In this document: positions 37,205-46,273 of the stretch, one piece after another | How the letters are laid out: each line of letters opens with the position of its first letter | How positions within the stretch are numbered: position 1 is the stretch's first letter | Source of the DNA: Minisyncoccia bacterium | Lineage (GTDB): Bacteria; Patescibacteriota; Minisyncoccia; Phycocordibacterales; UBA9973 | NCBI GenBank assembly: GCA_041737125.1 | Contig: JBGSSJ010000013.1 | Location: forward strand, 6,236-70,235 | Length of the DNA: 64,000 nucleotides | Direction of reading: 5' to 3' | Made by a program: the position numbers and the translations under genes | The notes under the pieces: model-generated | Seen by the model: the letters and a program-made list of their open reading frames with translations, nothing else | Database searches by the model: none | Told to the model about the DNA's origin: nothing

Positions 37205-38944
37205 TTACATTAAGACTGCTTTTATACGGCGGACACCTTGGGCTGTGGCTTCCTCTTTCTGTATTTTGAATATTCCAAGCTCGGAAGTATTGCCGACATG
37301 TGGTCCTCCACAGAATTCTTTCGATATTGGATTCCCATCTTTGTCTTCTATGAAGTAGACAGATACAACTTCAGGGTACTTTGTACCGAATTCCATCTCA
37401 GCGCCTAATTTTTCCGCTTCAGTAAGTGGCATCTCACGACGAACTACATAGAGCCCTTCTGATATTTTCTCATTAACCCAAGCTTCTACCTTTTGCTTTT
37501 CTTCATCAGTCAACTTGTGGTCACAGAGGAAGTCCATACGTAAACGCTCTTCGGTAATGTTACTTCCCTTCTGCTTAATATTTTTACTTACTATTTCTTG
37601 TAGTCCGGCAAGTAGTAGATGATGTGCAGTATGGAGCTTGATAGTCTGTGGCTCATGATTCGCAAGCCCACCTTTGAACATTCCCGCAGATGCAGTTTGT
37701 GAGAGCATAACATGCGCTTTCATTTGCTCATTAAAACTATCTATATCTATGGCAATTCCTTTTTCCTTCGCAAGTTCAAGAGTTAGCTCAATCGGAAAGC
37801 CGTATGTAGTAGCAAGAACAAATGGGTCAACATTTTTCTCGAATTCCTTGAGACCTGTTTGTAAAGTGTTTAGAAACTTTTGCTCCTCTAATTTAAATAC
37901 CGATTCTATGTCTACACTCTTTAACTTTGGATATATAGAAGAATAAAAATCTATATAATATTTTATTATATTTGCAGGCAACACAGCATCGCTATTAATT
38001 TGTTTCATTTTCAGAACAGCTCTTCTTATTAACCTGCGGAGTATATATCCTTGGTCTTTATTCCCTGGTATTACTTCGTCTGAAATTAAGAAAGTTGCAC
38101 TTCTTAGGTGGTCAGCAATAATTCTTGCAGATTTTTCTTCATAATTAGACGAGCTATCTTTTATCATTTCTATGACTGAAGAAAAAATATCTGTCTCATA
38201 TATACTTTTCTTACCTTGAGCGACAGTTACAACTCTTTCGAGCCCCGAACCAGTGTCCACATTATTCTTCGGAAGTTTACCTACAACCTTACTATTCTCT
38301 TGTTTGTAAACCATAAAAACATCATTCCAGATTTCAACCACTTCCTGCTTATCTTCAGCTATTTCAAAACCTTCCTGATTCATATCTCCGAGAGTTCCAG
38401 TTAGATCATAGAACATCTCTGTAGAAGGCCCAGCAGGAGAATTCGGTCCGGCACTCCACCAGTTTGATTTAGAACTTTTGAAATATATTCGATGCTCAGG
38501 TATTCCCAATGATTTCCATATTTCTACTGCTTCCATATCTCTTTCAACTTCCTCACTACCTCCGAAAACAGTAAAGTATAGACGTGCCGGATCAAGACCC
38601 AACCCTTCTTCTTTAGAAGTCAGGAATTCATAACTCCATGTGATAGCTTCTTTTTTAAAATAGTCGCCGAGGGACCAGTTCCCGAGCATCTCAAAAAAAG
38701 TAAGGTGTGTATTATCACCTATTTCATCGAAATCAACAGTGCGTAGACACTTTTGATAATTTACAAGTCTAGTGCCCTCTGGATGTTCTTTGCCTAAAAG
38801 GTATGGCATTAGTGGTTGCATACCGGCTGTATTAAAAAGCACAGAAGGATCGTTCTCTGGTACAAGCGAAGCTGAAGGTATTATTTTGTGCCCACGTTTT
38901 ACAAAAAAAGCCAAAAATCTATCCCTTATCTCATTTGATTTCAT
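37205..38944 (-). CDS. alaS: Alanyl-tRNA synthetase lacking the C-Ala domain
   Basis: FNTAGMQP, HLTFFEMLGNWS, DTGSGLER, editing HTAHH and CGGPH; ends at GVRRIKAVLM (579 aa). Confidence 0.96.
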   Translation of the reverse strand: MKSNEIRDRFLAFFVKRGHKIIPSASLVPENDPSVLFNTAGMQPLMPYLLGKEHPEGTRLVNYQKCLRTVDFDEIGDNTHLTFFEMLGNWSLGDYFKKEAITWSYEFLTSKEEGLGLDPARLYFTVFGGSEEVERDMEAVEIWKSLGIPEHRIYFKSSKSNWWSAGPNSPAGPSTEMFYDLTGTLGDMNQEGFEIAEDKQEVVEIWNDVFMVYKQENSKVVGKLPKNNVDTGSGLERVVTVAQGKKSIYETDIFSSVIEMIKDSSSNYEEKSARIIADHLRSATFLISDEVIPGNKDQGYILRRLIRRAVLKMKQINSDAVLPANIIKYYIDFYSSIYPKLKSVDIESVFKLEEQKFLNTLQTGLKEFEKNVDPFVLATTYGFPIELTLELAKEKGIAIDIDSFNEQMKAHVMLSQTASAGMFKGGLANHEPQTIKLHTAHHLLLAGLQEIVSKNIKQKGSNITEERLRMDFLCDHKLTDEEKQKVEAWVNEKISEGLYVVRREMPLTEAEKLGAEMEFGTKYPEVVSVYFIEDKDGNPISKEFCGGPHVGNTSELGIFKIQKEEATAQGVRRIKAVLM

Positions 38945-39008
38945 GTATACATATTATACCAAAACATCTTTTCCGCCAACTGGCGAGAAGTCTCACGTCT
39001 ATATAATA

Positions 39009-39037
39009 TTGACATTCACCTTAATTTATGTTATTTT
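39009..39037 (+). promoter_or_regulatory. Sigma70-type promoter of orphan membrane gene
   Basis: TTGACA-17 nt-TATTTT with upstream TG. Confidence 0.45.
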
Positions 39038-39123
39038 ATAATTAATTCATGTACTCTACATTTGTTAGTTGGTGACCGTAGAAGATTAACTTTAGTCTCA
39101 TGGGGTCAACAACTAACAAAAAA

Positions 39124-39339
39124 ATGGAAGAAAAAACAATAGTACTAAGCTTGCTAGTAATAGCTGCTTGTGTTTTCTTTTATTTTATTTTTAAAACCAT
39201 CTATTATGGTTATAAAAATAGAACTAGAGACGGTTATGCGCGTGCATATGCCCGATACAAGAAAAAAAGCTTAGAGGTAACGATAGCTATAATCCCAATA
39301 TTTATATTAGGAATATGGTTATTATCCTTAATTAACTAG
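39124..39339 (+). CDS. Small two-TM membrane protein
   Basis: Two hydrophobic helices joined by a basic loop; own promoter and terminator; start moved to MEEKT. Confidence 0.65.
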   Translation: MEEKTIVLSLLVIAACVFFYFIFKTIYYGYKNRTRDGYARAYARYKKKSLEVTIAIIPIFILGIWLLSLIN

Positions 39340-39342
39340 AAC

Positions 39343-39374
39343 AAAAGGCCAGTGCTCTATAGCACCGGCCTTTT
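39343..39374. terminator. Bidirectional terminator
   Basis: AAAAGGCCAGTGCT-loop-AGCACCGGCCTTTT. Confidence 0.75.
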
Positions 39375-39385
39375 AATATTTTTAA

Positions 39386-39871
39386 TTAATGATCGTCAGG
39401 TTTGGATTCAGTAAAGAATTTAGACTTCTTTAATTGCTGTTCTATGAACCAGAGTACAGTGAAGATAAAGACTGTCATGATAGTCGCTATAGTTGCAAGC
39501 TTGTATAAGCCGAATCCACATGCCATACCTATACCAGCAGACACCCATAGCCCTGTAGCAGTAGTGAGGCCCATTAGCTTATTGTCTTTCGTAAATATAA
39601 GCCCAGTACCGATGAATCCGACACCTACGAGTATCTGTGCTGCTATACGAAGTGGATCGAGGTCTACTCCCGCAGATCCCTGATACATCCGGACTACAAT
39701 CTCCGAGGTCACAACGAAAAGCGCTGAACCCATAGACACTAGTGCATAAGTCCTCATCCCTGCAGTCTTGTGCGCCCACACTCTCTCCGCACCCATAATC
39801 ATACCCAAACCTAAAGCCACAAAAAGTCTTGTAATAATATCTATTGTCACCCCATCAAAAAAGTTTTCCAT
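39386..39871 (-). CDS. MgtC/SapB family membrane protein
   Basis: GAER...AGMRTYALVSMGSALF, DPLRIAAQILVGVGFIGTG, GLTTATGLW. Confidence 0.93.
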   Translation of the reverse strand: MENFFDGVTIDIITRLFVALGLGMIMGAERVWAHKTAGMRTYALVSMGSALFVVTSEIVVRMYQGSAGVDLDPLRIAAQILVGVGFIGTGLIFTKDNKLMGLTTATGLWVSAGIGMACGFGLYKLATIATIMTVFIFTVLWFIEQQLKKSKFFTESKPDDH

Positions 39872-39898
39872 ACAATTATTATATCAAATTTATTTTAT

Positions 39899-41605
39899 TT
39901 ATAATACTTCCTGTTGATAACATGACTCACAGTAGACTACTTCTTGCCTGCTTGCTTGGTATGGTGAGTTTATTTCTTTTTTACAAAAATCACATTTGCT
40001 AATATAAAGTTTCCTAGGTAGTAATTGACTTAATCTATCTGTATATCTAGTATTCGGTGCTCTCCTAGGTAGTGCAAGACCAGCTTGTCGATAGAAAGAT
40101 AGCTCCATAGGAATAATCTTATAAGCTTTACCAGTATCCTCACATTTAAGTATCTTCTCTAAGATATCATCTTCGACATCTTTTATATCATCAGGAATAA
40201 TATAATTTGAAAATTCGTAATGTATATCTGAAACATAGTCACTCCAAGTAAATCCTTGATCTAGAGCTTTTTCTTTCTTTAAAGGGAATATTTCAGGAGC
40301 TGTAGTTTCATTATAACCAAAAGGTGAAAATTCGCTCGGGAAAAATTCTCCATATTTATAAACTCTGCCTTTATTATCAACATAAGGTATATCATTCATA
40401 TGCGCTTTAATCTTTGGAAGTAATTCTTCGTATTCTTCTTTGGTATATTTTTTATTTAAAATAACATAATTCCCTCCACGTATACATACACATCCAAAGC
40501 AATTCGACGCGCTAGTAGTGAAAGCAGAGTATTCTACATCGTTTATGGTCATCTTTTTAAGTGGATCATTAGAAAGACAGAATAATAGAACTTTCGAATT
40601 ATAAGCTCCTCCGCTATGAGCACATTCATACACAAGCTCTGCCGCACCGAAACAAGAACAATCATATGAATCCCGAGTCCATCCTGCAATACTCATGTTT
40701 TTACAATTCTCAAGTTTTATACTCTCCCAACAATTATGAGCATTTTTACATTCGGAAAGATTGTTACCAGTTGAATTTACTGATTTAAATATTAGATTTT
40801 CTCTGTGGGGAGAATTATTCCAAATATTTTTTATTTTTTCTTTCCACCATAGAATACCTGAATGAGACGAAATGGGATGTAACTTTAAAAAATCTTCGTA
40901 CGATTCTTTACTATGTTGTTCATTAAAAATACAATATTGTTTATTACGAAGGCCAGCACAACCAATAACATTAATACAATTACGACAATCATAGGAGAAG
41001 CTTGTATGCAAAGAGTCATAACATTCGTATGAATAATGAGTAAAGTAACAACGCTCACAGTGAATGTTGTGGGCACAATTATCAGAATTTAAAATCCAGT
41101 AATTATCGAAACAATTCTTTCCGAATACTTCATAAGCATTATAAGCAGAATCTTCATTAGATAAACCTCCAACATTTAGATAACAATTTTTATCATCTGT
41201 TTCTTGATTCACCCAATCACTGTTTATACAATTTGAATTGAAAATAGAAATATGAGGAAGGTTAAAGAATAACTCTTTCCATTGTTCGAAAAAAGGCTTC
41301 GAGAAATCATAATCTTTACCATAAGAAGTCGGGTCCCATTTATCACTCCACCAGCACGTAGAACAATACATTTTATACTTCTTATCTGGAGATACACGAG
41401 AAACTACACTCTTACCACACATATTGCAATCATTTTTATATAACATTCTTTCATTACGAAAAGAAAGTCTTCTTTGTTCTCTACAATCTGGACAGAATGT
41501 CGGAGGAGGTACATTTATCTTCTCATAAAAATCAAAATCTTGTGACTCTATAACGAAGTTATTTTTGCAGTTCTGACATATTTTGTTTTCTATTTGATTT
41601 TCCAT
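39899..41605 (-). CDS. Cys-rich zinc-ribbon/beta-repeat protein of unknown function (CPR-expanded type)
   Basis: CQNC, PPTFCPDCR..RR, WWSDKWD, short Cys repeats, GEFFP, C-terminal VYCESCYQQEV. Confidence 0.85.
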   Translation of the reverse strand: MENQIENKICQNCKNNFVIESQDFDFYEKINVPPPTFCPDCREQRRLSFRNERMLYKNDCNMCGKSVVSRVSPDKKYKMYCSTCWWSDKWDPTSYGKDYDFSKPFFEQWKELFFNLPHISIFNSNCINSDWVNQETDDKNCYLNVGGLSNEDSAYNAYEVFGKNCFDNYWILNSDNCAHNIHCERCYFTHYSYECYDSLHTSFSYDCRNCINVIGCAGLRNKQYCIFNEQHSKESYEDFLKLHPISSHSGILWWKEKIKNIWNNSPHRENLIFKSVNSTGNNLSECKNAHNCWESIKLENCKNMSIAGWTRDSYDCSCFGAAELVYECAHSGGAYNSKVLLFCLSNDPLKKMTINDVEYSAFTTSASNCFGCVCIRGGNYVILNKKYTKEEYEELLPKIKAHMNDIPYVDNKGRVYKYGEFFPSEFSPFGYNETTAPEIFPLKKEKALDQGFTWSDYVSDIHYEFSNYIIPDDIKDVEDDILEKILKCEDTGKAYKIIPMELSFYRQAGLALPRRAPNTRYTDRLSQLLPRKLYISKCDFCKKEINSPYQASRQEVVYCESCYQQEVL

Positions 41606-41644
41606 TTTTTATCCTATTTTACTTAACTAAAGTATTTAGTAAAC

Positions 41645-43303
41645 CTAAACCATTTCTTGTTGATAACATGATTCGCAGTAGATACGATACAGTTGTTGCT
41701 TCTCTTTGTCGTACGATGTATTTATTGATTTCTTACAATTTGCGCAAGTTGCTTCATATAGCGTACGTGGTAGTCTGCTAAACATTCGCTTCTGGTGCCT
41801 ACAGTTGAAGCACTCACTTGGAATTACAATATTCATCCTCTTATAGAAAGCAATCTCACGGGAAATAAGCTTGTAATTCTTCGTACAGCTTGTACAAGTA
41901 AATATTTCTTTAGTTAAAGATTCATCATAATCACTCGGGCTTGCTGGTATAGAACTATACTCTATGGTTCCTTGTCCTTGAGTAAAAGGTAAGTCGTACT
42001 TCCATTTATATCCTTCTTCAAGCGCATCTTTCTCGTCTTTATTTATATATTCATTTATTATCGATTCGTTATAAGCAAATGGACTCATCCATATAGGGAA
42101 GAATGATCCATACTCCCCTTTCTCTTTTAACAAAGAAATTATTCTGTCTCGTAAAATAATATAATCTTCTTTTGTGTATTGTTTATTAAAAATACAGTAT
42201 GACTTATTCCTAAGTCCTAAGCATCCAAATAAATCGCTTGAGTTATAGCAGAACTCGCTATACATCACATCATGACTCTCGACAACATTATGTGAGAACA
42301 GAACATTCTTACCAATACAATTTAGAACTTCATAACAGCTTTCCAATACAGGAGAAAAAGATCCGTCATAAGTATCAATGGCACTTCTAACTGTATAGAC
42401 GTATTTCGAATTCTCTCCACTTTTTACATCGAAACCGTGGTGTATGTTATGGGAATTATAAATATGATTTCCTGATACATCGTTGTTATGAGAGCCGAAG
42501 AACGATATTTGTGGTAAGAACCTTTTTAATTCTTCTACTTTGTCTAGTATCATACTGAGCTTCTCTTGCGACATAGGCATGAGCTCGTTTTTAATCTGTT
42601 TATATTCTTATTTGGAAACTGGCTGATTAAAAACATAGTAAGATTTACCATTGAGACCTACACACCCTATGCAATCAGTGCATCCTCTGCAGTCAAAGAG
42701 CCCTATGCTATCGGCACAACTTTCGCACTCTTCTGAATAGAAAAGCTTGTTGCAATATAAGCAATCTACGCATTCATAACAAGATTCTGATTTAAAAATA
42801 TAAAGATTATCAATAGTATCTTTCGAACTCCAAACTATATGTCCATAATCACAATCTTCATTCTCAACACAACCAAAACACAAATAACAATTCTTACTGT
42901 TATGAGCCATATTTACGTACTCTGAATTTGTACAATTTGTTTGCCCTAGGGACGCTCTAGGGACTTTCTTAAAAAGAGAATCTAGTTGCTCAAAGAATGG
43001 CTTCTTGAAGTCAAAATCTACTCCATAAGACATTGGGTCCCATCCATCACCCCACCATTCACTTACTTCATAAACTGTATAAAGAGAATCCGGAGAATAC
43101 ATCGATATCATTGATTTCCCGGACAAATCGGAATTTCTTTTATACAAAGTTTTAAAATTACGATAAATTAACCTTCTATTATTTCTACAAGCTGAGCAGT
43201 AGTTTGGGATCGGTACATCCATTCTTTTATAGAAAGATAAATCATCTATATCTAAATAGAATAATTTTTGGCACTTTTCACAGGTTTTACTTTCTGTTTC
43301 CAT
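41645..43303 (-). pseudogene. Second Cys-rich paralog interrupted by one in-frame TAA (42608-42610)
   Basis: ORFs 42608..43303 and 41645..42580 are in the same frame; read-through gives FNQPVSK*EYKQIK matching FNEQHSKESYED of the paralog. Confidence 0.8.
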
Positions 43304-43312
43304 GTTTATTAA

Positions 43313-44488
43313 TTATACCACCACACCACCCCCGAGGCATATATCCTTGTCATAAACTACGATAGACTGCCCAGCTGATACTAATATGGGCTTATCAAAG
43401 ATGATTGTTGAGCCTTCTATCCTACATGCTAATTGCTCACCATGATAGCGAATCTGAGCTGTGTACTTCTTGTTGTTTTTTGGTATTTCTGAAATCCAAT
43501 TTACCTGCTTTAGAGCAAAACAAAATTCTTGGTGGGAAAGGCCTTGCGCAGCGCGACTGGCGCGAGCAGAGGAAATTCCGAGCACGGAATTATCCGTGCC
43601 TTTATCGACAAGAATTTTGTTTTGCGAGACTGTTATTGTATTTCTTTCTACATCTTTAGAAACTACATGGAGTGGTTTATTATTCTCGGAATTCTTTGTT
43701 ATTGTAAATCCATGTCGCTCACCTAGAGTGAAGAATACTGCCCCATCATGGTAGCCTATGACTTCACCGTTATCATCTAGTACATCTCCGTTTTTCTCTT
43801 TTATGTAATGCTTTAAGAAATCTTTCATATCAAGCGGTCCCAGGAAGCAGACACCTTGGCTATCCTTCTTCACTGCTGTCGGAAGTTTATATTTAAGAGC
43901 AAGCTTCCTGACTTCTTTCTTATTCAAATGCCCCACAGGGAAAAGTGTGTGAGCCAAATCATCTTGATTTAGTGTCCAAAGGAAATAACTTTGGTCTTTA
44001 CTTTTATCTGGACTTTGCTTCAACTCAAATAGCTTTTCATGAAGTTCCTTATTTTTTGATTTTTCTAATTCGTAATTATTAATTAGTAATTTGTAATTAT
44101 TTACAGCATAGTGCCCTGTAGCAATAAAGTCCGCACCATGCTTCTTTGCAAAATCCCAAAATATTCCGAACTTTACTTCGCGATTACACATAACATCAGG
44201 GTTCGGAGTATTACCTTTCTTGTATTCCTCTATCATGTAGTCTGCTACGCCATTTTTGTATGCCTCTTCCCCATCACATTCGAGGAATGGGATATTGAGG
44301 TGAGCGCATACTCGCATGGCATCACGACGCTCATCACGCCAAGTACACTCTATGAAGTCCGGTTGCCAAGTACGAATAAAAACCCCAACAACATTATATC
44401 CTTGGTCTTTCAGAAGTGCTGCTGAAACTGAGGAATCAACTCCACCCGAGACTCCTACAAATACGGTTTTATTTAGTTTCTTTCCCAT
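43313..44488 (-). CDS. mnmA: tRNA 2-thiouridylase MnmA with two internal insertions
   Basis: SGGVDSSV, TPNPDVMCN, ATGHY, KDQSYFL, KKDSQGVCF, GQSIVVY..CLGGG; start moved to MGKKL. Confidence 0.96.
   Translation of the reverse strand: MGKKLNKTVFVGVSGGVDSSVSAALLKDQGYNVVGVFIRTWQPDFIECTWRDERRDAMRVCAHLNIPFLECDGEEAYKNGVADYMIEEYKKGNTPNPDVMCNREVKFGIFWDFAKKHGADFIATGHYAVNNYKLLINNYELEKSKNKELHEKLFELKQSPDKSKDQSYFLWTLNQDDLAHTLFPVGHLNKKEVRKLALKYKLPTAVKKDSQGVCFLGPLDMKDFLKHYIKEKNGDVLDDNGEVIGYHDGAVFFTLGERHGFTITKNSENNKPLHVVSKDVERNTITVSQNKILVDKGTDNSVLGISSARASRAAQGLSHQEFCFALKQVNWISEIPKNNKKYTAQIRYHGEQLACRIEGSTIIFDKPILVSAGQSIVVYDKDICLGGGVVV
43515..43625. mobile_element. 111-bp palindromic element inserted in frame in mnmA
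   Basis: Perfect 17-bp terminal inverted repeats GCAAAACAAAATTCTTG / CAAGAATTTTGTTTTGC around a GC-rich core with sub-hairpins; 37 codons. Confidence 0.75.
44066..44100. repeat. 5 x 7-bp tandem repeat inside mnmA
   Basis: TAATTCG TAATTAT TAATTAG TAATTTG TAATTAT, translated within NNYKLLINNYEL. Confidence 0.7.
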
Positions 44489-45336
44489 CTCGCAAATATA
44501 CCACAAGGAAGCAATTTGTCAGCACCAGATTGCTCTATCACAAGCTCACCTATTTCTATCTTACCAGCGTGGTCCTTCATCACGTCTTTGAGATTATTTT
44601 CATAAGCTATTGGTGAATAGCCAGCCGTATAACCATTTATCAATACAAATAATGGATCATCAGAGAGTATTTGTTTACACAAATCCATAAGTTCTAGGAA
44701 ACTGTCTTCTATTTTCCAAAGCTCGTCTTTAGGCCCATGACCGAATGATGGTGGGTCCATGAGTATAGCATCGTACTTGCGACCTCTTTTTATCTCTCTT
44801 TTTAGGAACATCAACACGTCGTCTACTATCCAGCGGATAGGTGCATCAGAAAGGTTGGATAATTTCGCATTGTCACGTGCCCAAGCTACAGCAGACTTAG
44901 ATCCATCCACATGACAGACTTCTGCTCCCGCACGTGCGCATGCAAGTGTCGCTCCACCAGTGTAGGCGAATAAGTTCAGCACATTTACTTTCCTTTCACT
45001 ATTATTAATTTTCTCCTCCATCCATTGCCAGTTCGGTAATTGCTCAGGGAAAAGGCCCGTGTGCTTGAAAGACGAAGGACGGATAGAAAATGTAAGGTCA
45101 CCGAATACAATATTCCAGCTGCGTGGCACACCTTCTTTGATAATCCATTTGGTACGTGTTCCTGTGCGCACGAATACTAAATCCGTATTGTCCCATGCAT
45201 CAGCTCCAAGTGACTTCTGCCAAAGTGCTTCTGGGTCTGGGCGCACCATAGTATATGAGCCATATCTTTCTAGCTTAAAGCCTTGGCCGGCATCAAGTAA
45301 TTCATATTCTTTTTGTGGTGTTGTTCTTAGTATCAT
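44473..45336 (-). CDS. Class I SAM-dependent methyltransferase (RlmI/RlmK-like)
   Basis: KHTGLFPEQ, VLNLFAYTGG, HVDGS, MDPPSF. Confidence 0.88.
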   Translation of the reverse strand: MILRTTPQKEYELLDAGQGFKLERYGSYTMVRPDPEALWQKSLGADAWDNTDLVFVRTGTRTKWIIKEGVPRSWNIVFGDLTFSIRPSSFKHTGLFPEQLPNWQWMEEKINNSERKVNVLNLFAYTGGATLACARAGAEVCHVDGSKSAVAWARDNAKLSNLSDAPIRWIVDDVLMFLKREIKRGRKYDAILMDPPSFGHGPKDELWKIEDSFLELMDLCKQILSDDPLFVLINGYTAGYSPIAYENNLKDVMKDHAGKIEIGELVIEQSGADKLLPCGIFARWERN

Positions 45337-45337
45337 A

Positions 45338-46270
45338 TTATTTTAAATATTTATTTATATTTCTCTTGTGTTCTTCATAAGTCTTGGCGAGGTATATACT
45401 ACCATCTTTGGCATGCAGATAGTACAGGTAGTCCGTCCTTTCTCCCTTGATTGCAGCTTTTATAGATACAAGTCCTGGATTTGCTATAGGACCACGAGGT
45501 AAACCAACTGTTTTATAAGTATCACGGTATGCATCTACTTGAAGTAACATCCCTCTATCTAATCTATTCCATAAGATACCTGCGATTATACTAGCATCCT
45601 TTTCACCTTTTGCCTCTTTTTCTATAAGTGATGCCATAATTATTATATCTGATAATTTACGATTACTTTTCTCTATATCATTTGCGAGTTTTTCGATCTT
45701 ATTTTCAAAATTGAAAGTAAGTTCAGCCAATATCTCATCAACGCTCGTTTGCGGGAAAAAGAAATATGTATCCGGGAAAAGATAGCCCTGCTTAGTGCGC
45801 GGGTCTGACATGAATAAATCTCTGCGGAAAGTCGGTAACTTTGTCGAAAGCAAATCTGCCATCTCATTATTGGTCATACCTTCTTTAAAGGTAACTTTTA
45901 CTTTATCTATATTATGATCACCTTGTGCAAGCATGAATGCCACTCTAAATACTGACATAGGTTTATCGAAAAGGTAATCACCTTTCTCTACTCCATGTGA
46001 TTCACCAAGAACTGTGACAAAAGCTTTCAATACAAATGCATGGCGGACGACACTTTTAGTTTCTAATTCTTCTGATATAGAGCTCAATGTCTGATTTGGT
46101 GCTACATGGATTGTAATGTTTTCTTTATTGAGATAACTTCTATTAATCGAAGGTGAGGAAAATGCATAGTAAGAAATTATAAATAGAAAACAAAATAAGA
46201 AAAATATATTTAGTATTTTTCTTATTGGAAAAGGTTTCCTGATTTCTACTATTGGCAACTCATTATCCAT
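45338..46270 (-). CDS. mltG: Endolytic transglycosylase MltG
   Basis: N-terminal TM, GYLFPDTY, MASLIEKE, GMLLQVD, GLPRGPIANPG. Confidence 0.92.
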   Translation of the reverse strand: MDNELPIVEIRKPFPIRKILNIFFLFCFLFIISYYAFSSPSINRSYLNKENITIHVAPNQTLSSISEELETKSVVRHAFVLKAFVTVLGESHGVEKGDYLFDKPMSVFRVAFMLAQGDHNIDKVKVTFKEGMTNNEMADLLSTKLPTFRRDLFMSDPRTKQGYLFPDTYFFFPQTSVDEILAELTFNFENKIEKLANDIEKSNRKLSDIIIMASLIEKEAKGEKDASIIAGILWNRLDRGMLLQVDAYRDTYKTVGLPRGPIANPGLVSIKAAIKGERTDYLYYLHAKDGSIYLAKTYEEHKRNINKYLK

Positions 46271-46273
46271 AAA

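Noticed and set aside
42608-42610. Stop-codon reassignment (alternative genetic code)
   Set aside because: The interrupting codon is TAA, the normal stop of most genes here; all other genes translate fully in code 11.
43515-43625. tRNA, self-splicing intron or intein in mnmA
   Set aside because: No tRNA T-loop/CCA pattern, too short for group I/II cores, and no intein terminal residues; treated as a palindromic insertion.
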